Below, piece after piece: positions 53,811-62,406 of a DNA stretch of 64,000 nucleotides. Within the stretch, counting starts at the first letter, position 1; every line of letters starts with the position of its first letter. The notes beneath the pieces are model-generated. The model worked only from the letters and a program-made list of their open reading frames with translations, had not been told where the DNA came from and made no database searches. Source of the stretch: an uncultured Rhodospirillaceae bacterium (lineage in GTDB: Bacteria > Pseudomonadota > Alphaproteobacteria > Rhodospirillales > UBA2165); the NCBI GenBank assembly GCA_964643045.1, contig CAZXSC010000001.1:66296-130295 (forward strand), given 5' to 3'. Both the position numbers and the translations under genes were made by a program.

Positions 53811-54968
53811 TTAGTCGTTTGATACCGAGTAACGCAATTTCCATTCGCCACAGTTATCTTGAAACCACAGATGATCTGAGCGCCAACTATCAATTATTTT
53901 GTGTACTTCTTCATCCTTTAAAGAGCAGAATTCTAAAAACTCTTTGTAATATTTCTTCGGGAATTCATGGTCGTATCGCTCAACCAAGGCTACACCCTCC
54001 TCACGGGTAATTTTCCCATCACGTATTTCGTGAGCCGTGTCCGAGGTAGCGCGGCCTATTCCGAACTTAATAAAAGAGAGATAGTAGTGCATGCCATCAA
54101 GTTCATCATCAATGCTTGCATATTTTGAATAGGTTCCTTCCGACCGCTCTGAATTGGGGGTAAATCCAGTATGCTCTTTACAGTAATAATAATTTTCTTG
54201 AGGATCCCACAATTTATAATAACCAAAAAAATGAATTTTGGTGCCATTTTCCTTAATGTCTTGAAATTTTGGTGCCATGAAAGGAGAAAGGTCTGTTAAT
54301 GGTATGCCATGTTCTTGCCAAAACTCTGGGGGAAGACCTGAAAAATAGTGTTTATCGTGGTCGTGAATCTCACGATTTGGTTGGAGTGCATTCTTCATAT
54401 CCCCACCATATTCAACCTCTCCATTTTCGCCGTACATAATTAATTGGACTTTATATTTTACTGCCATATGGAGAGGAAAGTTGGCTTGGCCATATATGAA
54501 AGGTTGAAAAGGATCACCTAAATGCTTAAAAGAAAGGTGCGTGAGATCGCGGGTGATTTGTGGATTAGGGGTCCCTAAAATATGGTTAAACCCAGCTGCT
54601 ATGAAAGCATCAAGGTTTTGACGGCCAATCTTACTAGCTTTTAAAGGTGACCATGTAACAGCTAGAGGATTCATACCATATTTATACTTCAATTGATGCG
54701 CAACAAATCCGCCATCTTTTCCACCACTACATGGCACAATAACATCATATTCACCACTATTCTTTCGATGTATATCACACAGCTGAACTAGTTCTTGTTC
54801 GCGCTTTTCCCAGTCGACATTCGTTTGTTTATATCTGGCGAAATTGCATGCGGAACATACACCGCGTTCGTCAAATGAAATACGCGGCCGTTGGTTGGAC
54901 ATCGTACATTTTTTACAAAATTTAACTTCTTGTGGCAGGTTGTATTGCTCGATCAAATCTCTTTTCAT
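53811..54968 (-). CDS. N-acetyl sugar amidotransferase (PP-loop ATPase; WbuX/PseA type)
   Basis: Zn-ribbon FCKKCTMSNQRP...GVCSACNF and PP-loop VIVPCSGGKDG; 385 aa. Confidence 0.8.
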   Translation of the reverse strand: MKRDLIEQYNLPQEVKFCKKCTMSNQRPRISFDERGVCSACNFARYKQTNVDWEKREQELVQLCDIHRKNSGEYDVIVPCSGGKDGGFVAHQLKYKYGMNPLAVTWSPLKASKIGRQNLDAFIAAGFNHILGTPNPQITRDLTHLSFKHLGDPFQPFIYGQANFPLHMAVKYKVQLIMYGENGEVEYGGDMKNALQPNREIHDHDKHYFSGLPPEFWQEHGIPLTDLSPFMAPKFQDIKENGTKIHFFGYYKLWDPQENYYYCKEHTGFTPNSERSEGTYSKYASIDDELDGMHYYLSFIKFGIGRATSDTAHEIRDGKITREEGVALVERYDHEFPKKYYKEFLEFCSLKDEEVHKIIDSWRSDHLWFQDNCGEWKLRYSVSND

Positions 54969-55602
54969 CTACTCGTCTCTTTATTTTTAAGCTTTCTTAT
55001 GCTTTAGGGATTCTTATTCAATACAAGAAAAGTTTCATTTTATTCATCAGCATGACAACTCTCAATATATGCTACATTTAGTAACTTTTTGCAAATTAGC
55101 TTTGAGCGTAAATTAGAATTATGAGCTCAAAAGGTGTTACGTCAGATACGGATTTAATGTTGGTTGGCTTTTTTAGTTATTTTTAAAAGGTTTGCGTTGC
55201 TTAATGCGTTTAAATAGACGCGTCGTAGTTAGTCGTAATTTAGTATATTTGGATAGTGGAACAGGATCAACTAATGCCAATTTTGAATCATAAGAATTAG
55301 GGAAAGTTATCTAATGAACAAGTCAATTGATTAAAAATCAAATATCTGGGACATCGAGAACACATGGTATTTGAGGGCTAATCAAGAAAGAGTGGCAACG
55401 TTGATACAAACTATTGTAGTTCAGATCAATCATACAAAGGGAACTATTACCGCCGATATACTTCTCAGAGCCTAGTATATCATAAAGTTTTTGATAAATA
55501 TTGTCGTTTCTCATAGAAACGAATAGAGTTGATTATCGCCTAAGAATTTCTGACTAATTATAGCGGTCTTGTTTAATGGTTAACTGAGGAATAATTATAG
55601 TG

Positions 55603-56115
55603 ATGAGTAGAGGTGGCATTAAAAATTATAATGTAATAGTGCAAAAAGTTGATAATAAATTTCATCTTACTATTGCAGAATTAATGATTTCAGTTTCTGG
55701 TGAGGATCTTGTTGAGGTTTATCACGGGCTTGAGTCCAAAAAGGAAGAAGCCCTTCGGTCGATGAAAGAATCTGGCATGGATTACATAATACCTTCCCCC
55801 AATATACACCACAATGTTAGTCTACCAACAGGTCGACGTTTGTTTTGGGATGAAATTCTCATGTTTCTCGCAAAATTGACGATTCTCGGATTAATAATTG
55901 CACTTCTTGGCGGTATTTTTTATCAATTCGGTAAGCCCTTGATAACTGGATTTACACATAAAATAAAAATGATACCAAATAAAATGACAAAAATACCACA
56001 AGATAAAGTTATCGATGCCGCTGAAAAAACAAAAGAGTTAATAAAAAAGTTCTCACCAATATTAGATGAGATCAAACCTTTGTACGACCCTGAACCGGCG
56101 AATAGAAAAAAATAG
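55603..56115 (+). CDS. Hypothetical single-pass membrane protein (170 aa)
   Basis: The ATG at 55603 follows GAGGA. There is one hydrophobic helix, ILMFLAKLTILGLIIALLGGIFY. The N-terminal approximately 60 aa has a beta-alpha pattern faintly like HicB/UPF0150. Confidence 0.5.
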   Translation: MSRGGIKNYNVIVQKVDNKFHLTIAELMISVSGEDLVEVYHGLESKKEEALRSMKESGMDYIIPSPNIHHNVSLPTGRRLFWDEILMFLAKLTILGLIIALLGGIFYQFGKPLITGFTHKIKMIPNKMTKIPQDKVIDAAEKTKELIKKFSPILDEIKPLYDPEPANRKK

Positions 56116-56165
56116 GAAAGCTGTTTGTGGCTTTTAGGCCCCTTTTTTGAGTAATAATTTAATAA

Positions 56166-58046
56166 ATGGTTCGATTCAATTTACACCCTAGTATCAGGTT
56201 GGATGGAATACCAACCAACTCCTACAATTTACGTGTGAGGGTTTTGGTTTTTATAGCTTTTTTATTTTTCACCTTGGTTTTAGCTGGGATAACGCAAATT
56301 CCCGTTTTGGGGATTTGGGAAAGTTTTACATTTTTTCACAATTTTTCACCTGTTGATGCCCATCTGTCATTTAGGATTAGTGCTCGAGCCAATATTGCGG
56401 GTCAAGGTTATGCGTTGCTTGATATTTCAAGAATGATATCCGATTGGTTTGGATGGTCCATAATGACGTTTAGGCTGCCTTCATTGGTCATCGGCTGGAT
56501 TGGTTTGGGTTTCTTCTTCACAATAGCCGCGCGTATAGTTGGATTCTTGCCCGCTTTGTTGGCGTCGATTCTTCTTGCCACCAATGAAGCTTTTGTTGTT
56601 TTTCAAAGCCAACTAATTGTTTCAATGGTAACTTTCACCCTTTGCTTAATTTTAGTTGAGCGTATTCAGGCACTTGAAGCAAATTCACGGATCAATCAAA
56701 ATGTTATATTGTTGGGCATTTTTACCGCAATAACGGGCACATATTATTCGATGGGGCGTTTCTTTGCACTATTTTTAGTTTCTTTTTTTATTCTAAAATT
56801 CATATATTTAGGCTTTAAGAATTTACCTAGAACATTTGCGATAAAAGAATCAAAAACATTAATTAGCACGCTGTTGCTGTCCGTAATAATTTCGTTTTTC
56901 ATACTATCGCCATTAAACGTAATAGATTTTTTGAGCTTTCCTTCATTTTTTTTCCCAACAAACAGTGAAGTTCATTTTGTATCAGCTGGCTTACTGGATA
57001 CGATTTTTACAAACATAATACTTTTGTTAAAATCACTCACTTATTTAGATGGTTTGCGGCAATCAGCTGATTCGACCGAGTCCCTCGCAAACGTAAATAT
57101 TACGCTGATTTTTCCTTTGTTTTTGCCATTTGTGATTTTGGGGATGATAAAATCCCTGGCCAATAATTATAAGGTTTATTATGGCACATATGCCCCTTAT
57201 GGATTGATAAATTTTCTATTCATAATTACGCTGGTTCCTCCTCTTTTTTCAGCGATTCATAATGGAATACCAACATTCTCGACATTTAGGACTTTTAACA
57301 TTTTAATACCTGCTTATCTTTATGGTGCTATAGGAATTAACGAGCTAATGAATAAATATTCTAAATATAATGGAGTAGTTTTGGCTTCAATATTGCTATT
57401 ATTCTTTGGCCAGATATATTTGCTTGTTTCGGATCGATTAAGGTTTTCAAATGCGGTTTCAGAATTTGTTTTTGAATTACCGTTAACAAATACAAACACA
57501 AATACTTTGTTTCAAACCTCTGAAATTACTAAAGCTCGGGCAAGGAACAGGAAGTTCATTGCTGATCAGGTGATATATAAAAAATATGCTGAGAAATTCG
57601 TAAAAAATATTTCGGATAAGGAAACCACACTTTTCACGATAGACCTTGGTGAACTATCAAAAAATTCCCTATATCCTCATGGACTGCATTACCTGAAAAA
57701 TAAAAACTACCATTCAACTTTTCTCGCCTTTTATGCATCGGATTTAGGGCTTAATTTAGCATACGTTCAAGCCATTGACGAAAACAGTAGCCAACCAATA
57801 TATGGTAGTGGTTACCGCGGAAAAAAACGCATATTTCCAGCAGAATTTGAGCTTAGAGGTATTCGTCCAGTATACAAAAACCCTGAGAATTTAGAATTTC
57901 AACTAAGGTCAACTGGTCGTGGAAAAATTAAAGCTTATCTTTCGACTACTAAAGAGGAATTAAATTGGACCCTGAAATATTTAGAAAATAAAGGAGAGGC
58001 ATTTAGTGTCGTAAAGATATCTTATCAGAATGGTCCTGATAGATGA
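56166..58046 (+). CDS. Polytopic membrane protein (626 aa) with a C-terminal soluble domain; possible GT-C-type glycosyltransferase or polymerase
   Basis: There are at least 10 hydrophobic segments in residues 25-430, then a hydrophilic approximately 190-aa tail. No motif recognised with certainty. Confidence 0.45.
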   Translation: MVRFNLHPSIRLDGIPTNSYNLRVRVLVFIAFLFFTLVLAGITQIPVLGIWESFTFFHNFSPVDAHLSFRISARANIAGQGYALLDISRMISDWFGWSIMTFRLPSLVIGWIGLGFFFTIAARIVGFLPALLASILLATNEAFVVFQSQLIVSMVTFTLCLILVERIQALEANSRINQNVILLGIFTAITGTYYSMGRFFALFLVSFFILKFIYLGFKNLPRTFAIKESKTLISTLLLSVIISFFILSPLNVIDFLSFPSFFFPTNSEVHFVSAGLLDTIFTNIILLLKSLTYLDGLRQSADSTESLANVNITLIFPLFLPFVILGMIKSLANNYKVYYGTYAPYGLINFLFIITLVPPLFSAIHNGIPTFSTFRTFNILIPAYLYGAIGINELMNKYSKYNGVVLASILLLFFGQIYLLVSDRLRFSNAVSEFVFELPLTNTNTNTLFQTSEITKARARNRKFIADQVIYKKYAEKFVKNISDKETTLFTIDLGELSKNSLYPHGLHYLKNKNYHSTFLAFYASDLGLNLAYVQAIDENSSQPIYGSGYRGKKRIFPAEFELRGIRPVYKNPENLEFQLRSTGRGKIKAYLSTTKEELNWTLKYLENKGEAFSVVKISYQNGPDR

Positions 58047-58064
58047 TTTGGCCATTACTATTTA

Positions 58065-58078
58065 AGAAAACGTTTTCT
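58065..58078. terminator. Short perfect palindrome between convergent genes (weak bidirectional terminator candidate)
   Basis: AGAAAACGTTTTCT lies 19 nt after the plus-strand stop. The stem is AT-rich with no loop, so it is a weak candidate. Confidence 0.2.
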
Positions 58079-58140
58079 GAATTTAGGCACTATCAGGAGA
58101 GCACCAATATATTAAGTTAAGTTTGTAATAGTTAATTTGT

Positions 58141-59013
58141 TTAAACTCTCTTTTTAAATAATACCGCCGAACTGTGCGGTGAATTGAGAATTAGTTTAAT
58201 GCCAGCATCGGATGGAAAGTAATTAATAATTGATTCCGCAAAAGTACCTCTATGAAGCTGTTCAATTGTAAATTTATTTTTTTTACTAACAATCTCTGGG
58301 CCGCCAATAATAATCACTGAAATATTAGCAATTCTTACTAGCTCAGAAATTATAGTCTTTCTTAATTTTATCGTGCTGGAAAGACCATCATTAAGAATTA
58401 ATGAAAATACATGTGACATTATGATATGATCGTAAGAATTCTCTTTAAATTTTTTAAGAGCCTGAGTGTTTTTTATGTCAATGTTCTGAAGTTTTAAATT
58501 TTCACTTTTCACAGCAAGATTAATAATGCCGATGGCTTCTTTGCTTATATCAATTCCGTGAACAAAGGAATTACTATATTTTTCTAGCAACACCTTTATG
58601 TTTTGTCCTCGACCGCAGCCGACATCAAAAAAACTATCACCGTCTTGGTAGTTGAGAATTGATGTGTAATCGTTTATAAATTGGGTGATTCTACCCTCTG
58701 GATGGCCGTATAATTCTAATTTTTCGTCAAATGTTAAATTTTCATATGCAAAATAACCTCGGCCATTTTTACTGTAATGGAATAGGATATAGTTGCTATA
58801 TTTTTTCATAGCATAATTTGTAAATTCCCGCTGAAAAATTCTCTTCAAATAACCCGCGGCACGTGTCAAGAAATATACTGGCTGGAAAATCAGAAGTGGT
58901 TTTAACTTTGGGTTTTTTATTTTATATAGAAATATTTGATCTTTGAAAAATCGAGCTAAATAAAAATACGGAATGATAATACTAATCCGAATAAATAATT
59001 GAATCAATTTCAT
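58141..59013 (-). CDS. Class I SAM-dependent methyltransferase with a hydrophobic N-terminus
   Basis: FFDVGCGRGQNIKVLL motif I; 290 aa. Confidence 0.75.
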   Translation of the reverse strand: MKLIQLFIRISIIIPYFYLARFFKDQIFLYKIKNPKLKPLLIFQPVYFLTRAAGYLKRIFQREFTNYAMKKYSNYILFHYSKNGRGYFAYENLTFDEKLELYGHPEGRITQFINDYTSILNYQDGDSFFDVGCGRGQNIKVLLEKYSNSFVHGIDISKEAIGIINLAVKSENLKLQNIDIKNTQALKKFKENSYDHIIMSHVFSLILNDGLSSTIKLRKTIISELVRIANISVIIIGGPEIVSKKNKFTIEQLHRGTFAESIINYFPSDAGIKLILNSPHSSAVLFKKRV

Positions 59014-59380
59014 CTTCTAATAACTCATTATGTTCTAATTATATGGTTTCAAATATGCCAAGAATAAGTCGCCATAATTTCAAGGTTGCCCTAATATAGG
59101 GTGTTAGAGAGTGCAAAACTTAGAATATTCTTTCCTCTTGTTAAATATTGATAACCCCGTTTTGTATTTTAGGTTTCATAAAATTGTAGCAAGATACCTT
59201 TCCTGATTAATTTTGAATATGGTAACAGAAACTCCAAATGTTTGTTAGCTCTATTCAACGACAAAATAATTTCTTGAATAATATACAAATTTTTAAGCCA
59301 CTTATTATTTTTTATCCTTCATTAATTTTACCAATGGCCTAGTAAGGGAGTAATTTTTAGCTACTTTATAGTGTTCATTA

Positions 59381-61297
59381 TTATTTCTTTTGTTTATTGG
59401 GATCAATATATTCATTCCACCAAAGAGCAAAATTGAGTAGATACCAAATTTGCCGTGCATTCTTACTTTTGATGATTTTTTCAACCCCTTTGGGATCGAG
59501 AAAATCTGTATCTAGGACAAATTTTCTAAGTATACTGCATGCTTCTTTACCAAGTTTATCAAGTAGCCAATCATTTATTGGCACGGCAAATCCTTGTTTT
59601 TTCCGTCTAAGAATTTTTTCTGGTATTAGTCCATCTAGTGCTCTCTTCAAAATATATTTAAGTTCACCGCCACTTGTCTTTAGCCTTGGTGAGATGCCGA
59701 GCGCATAACAAATAAATTTGTGGTCAAGAAATGGAACTCGTGCTTCTATACCGGCCGCCATACTCATCTTATCGATTCGCATTAATAAAAGTTCAGGTAA
59801 TCGCAGGTTAAGGTCCAGATAAGACATCCAACTGAGTGGAGATTTATCCAAAGTATTTTCCTCGAAACGTGCCCGTATTGGTTGAATTACCTCCCAAGAA
59901 CTTCGCCCAGAAAATTGTTTTTTTAATCTTTTGGATAATATACTCCATTTTGCATTTTCCGGGAAAGCTTCTGCTCCTCCCCAAAAAATTGGCAGCCCCA
60001 AGCTAGCTCGACGCAGGAATTCAGTATAAAGTTTTGCTCCTAACCCAAGTGCGTTAAGGGCTCTAAAACTAAGTTTTTTAATTAACAGGGGCACCGGCCA
60101 CGAATTTGCACGCTCCAATTGCAAGAACGTCTTCCAACTTGGGTATCCCCATAATAACTCATCGGCACCTTCGCCTACTTGGCAGACGGTTACTCCTTTG
60201 TTGCGGGCAAGCTGTGAGACATAATAAACAGGGATACAAACCGGATCAGCAATGGGCTCATCCTGATGTCTTATCATGTCGGGCAGAAAGTCGAGAAGAT
60301 CATCTTGGCTAATCAAATATTCATAATGATCAGCGCCTATTTCTTCTGCAATCATTCGCGCATAGGGAAGCTCGTCGGCAACGGTTTTTTGTTTACCCAT
60401 ATAGCCAACAGAAAACGTTTTGACAGGACTAGTTGCCTTTTCAGCAAAAAGTACAACATTGGCGCTGGAATCGATTCCACCTGATAAAAATACCCCAATG
60501 GGGACATCTCCAATTTTTCGGTGGCTCACGGATTCTCTTAAGCTGGTTAGGAGTTTTTGAGCAACAACTTCACCTGATTCAGATAAACTAGGTTCAACAT
60601 CATCCAACGCATCCCACCATTTTTCACTATTCACATCACCCGTTTGTTTTATGTGGGTCCAGGTACCGGCCGCGAGTTTATTTATGCCCTCGAAGAGGGT
60701 CATTGGCGCGGGCGTTGTTAAAAAAGACAGATAGTGAAATAAGGCCTCCTCGTTTACCGCTCGATTTCTGGCCGGTCCAGCCAAGATTGCTTTTATTTCG
60801 GAAGCAAAAACAATGCCACGTTTATCTATAGCATAATACAGCGGTTTTATACCGACCCTATCTCTAACGAGCCATAATTCTTTTTTTGGTTCATCCCATA
60901 TGGCGATAGCAAACATACCATTAAAACGCTTGACGCAATCAATACCCCATTCTCGAAAGGCATGTAATATCATCTCAGTATCGGAGTGGTCTGTTTGCCA
61001 ATCTGTATGTCCGAGTTCTATTAATTCTTGTCGAAGAATTTCGTGATTATAAATTTCACCGTTGAAAACTATGCTTATTGATTCATCGTCCAAACTCATG
61101 GGCTGCAGGGCAGCCTCGGAAAGATCTATAATAGCAAGGCGTCGATGCCCGAAGCCAACACTTGAACTTCTATTTATCCATACTCCTGATCCATCGGGAC
61201 CACGATGAATCATTGTTTCGCGCATATCAATTATTGTATTTTTGTCTACTGGCCATAGTTTTGGCGAAAAAGATAGTATTCCAGTGATTCCACACAT
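59381..61297 (-). CDS. Asparagine synthase (glutamine-hydrolysing) family amidotransferase (WbpS-like context)
   Basis: The ATG at 61297 gives MCGITG, placing the Cys nucleophile at residue 2. The track's TTG start would bury it. The IGVFLSGGIDSS PP-loop is present. Confidence 0.85.
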   Translation of the reverse strand: MCGITGILSFSPKLWPVDKNTIIDMRETMIHRGPDGSGVWINRSSSVGFGHRRLAIIDLSEAALQPMSLDDESISIVFNGEIYNHEILRQELIELGHTDWQTDHSDTEMILHAFREWGIDCVKRFNGMFAIAIWDEPKKELWLVRDRVGIKPLYYAIDKRGIVFASEIKAILAGPARNRAVNEEALFHYLSFLTTPAPMTLFEGINKLAAGTWTHIKQTGDVNSEKWWDALDDVEPSLSESGEVVAQKLLTSLRESVSHRKIGDVPIGVFLSGGIDSSANVVLFAEKATSPVKTFSVGYMGKQKTVADELPYARMIAEEIGADHYEYLISQDDLLDFLPDMIRHQDEPIADPVCIPVYYVSQLARNKGVTVCQVGEGADELLWGYPSWKTFLQLERANSWPVPLLIKKLSFRALNALGLGAKLYTEFLRRASLGLPIFWGGAEAFPENAKWSILSKRLKKQFSGRSSWEVIQPIRARFEENTLDKSPLSWMSYLDLNLRLPELLLMRIDKMSMAAGIEARVPFLDHKFICYALGISPRLKTSGGELKYILKRALDGLIPEKILRRKKQGFAVPINDWLLDKLGKEACSILRKFVLDTDFLDPKGVEKIIKSKNARQIWYLLNFALWWNEYIDPNKQKK

Positions 61298-61299
61298 TC

Positions 61300-62316
61300 T
61301 CAAATACCAATTTTAAAATATTCTTGATACCACGCTACAAAGTTTTTTATTCCCTCTTCTATAGAAGTTTTTGGCATATAACCTGTACTCTGGCCTAGTT
61401 CCCCAATATTTGCCCAGGTTTCTTGCATGTCTCCAGGTTGTAAAGGCAGATAATACTTTATGGCCTTTTTACCCAGTTCGTTTTCTAAAATTTTGATAAA
61501 TTTGTTTAGTTCAATTGGTACGCCATTGCCAATATTGTAGATGCGAGAAGCTGCTATTCCACTTGTCGTGGACTCAGGTTGGTTACTATCCCAATCAAGA
61601 TTGATACTAGGTTCTTTGTTGAGACAGCTAACTACCCCCTCAACAATATCGTCAATATATGTGAAATCTCGTTTCATATTCCCGTTGTTATAAATTTGTA
61701 TTGGTTTATTTTGGATAATGGCGTTAGCAAACAACATGGGTGCCATATCCGGGCGTCCCCATGGACCATAAACTGTAAAAAAGCGCAGACCGGTAACTGG
61801 AAAATTAAAAAGGTGACTATATGAATGCGCCATTAATTCATTAGCTTTCTTCGTTGCAGCATATAAACTTTTCGGATGATTAGTATTGTCTTTCTCGTAG
61901 AACGGCATTTTTGTATTTGCACCATATACTGAACTCGTTGATGCATAAACTAAATGCTCGATGTCAAAATTCCTACATACCTCAAGTATATTCAAAAACC
62001 CCGAAAGATTAGAATCTATATAATCGCGTGGTGCGTTTATACTGTGTCTAACGCCAGCCTGTGCAGCTAAGTGGATAATTTTATTAGGGTGATGAGTTTT
62101 GAAAATTTGATCCAATTTTGATTGATCATTTAAATCAAACGTATAGTCCTTGTAATTGTTATTTGACAATAGCCGTTTTACTCTGTCACTTTTCAGACTT
62201 ACACGGTAATAATCACTTAGGTTATCAACTCCTATAACTTCATGACCTTGATTCAATAATTTTAAGGCAACATGATTACCAATAAAACCAGCGCTTCCAG
62301 TAACTAAGATTTTCAT
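61300..62316 (-). CDS. NAD-dependent nucleotide-sugar (uronate) 4-epimerase
   Basis: MKILVTGSAGFIGNHVALKLLNQGHEVIGVDNLSDYY and YAATKKANE are typical of UDP-glucuronate/UDP-GlcNAcA 4-epimerases; 338 aa. Confidence 0.8.
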   Translation of the reverse strand: MKILVTGSAGFIGNHVALKLLNQGHEVIGVDNLSDYYRVSLKSDRVKRLLSNNNYKDYTFDLNDQSKLDQIFKTHHPNKIIHLAAQAGVRHSINAPRDYIDSNLSGFLNILEVCRNFDIEHLVYASTSSVYGANTKMPFYEKDNTNHPKSLYAATKKANELMAHSYSHLFNFPVTGLRFFTVYGPWGRPDMAPMLFANAIIQNKPIQIYNNGNMKRDFTYIDDIVEGVVSCLNKEPSINLDWDSNQPESTTSGIAASRIYNIGNGVPIELNKFIKILENELGKKAIKYYLPLQPGDMQETWANIGELGQSTGYMPKTSIEEGIKNFVAWYQEYFKIGI

Positions 62317-62406
62317 TTAATGAATCGCGATGCTATAAACATTTTCATAAGTTACACAACTATTGATTATATTTTGCCTTTTTACTTCTTAAGTTCATAA
62401 ATTAAT

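Noticed and set aside
57486-57506. Imperfect hexanucleotide repeat ACAAAT/ACAAAC x3 encoding TNTNTNT in the 626-aa membrane protein
   Set aside because: It has only about three imperfect units and is in frame, so slippage would not switch the gene off. It is too short to call a functional microsatellite.
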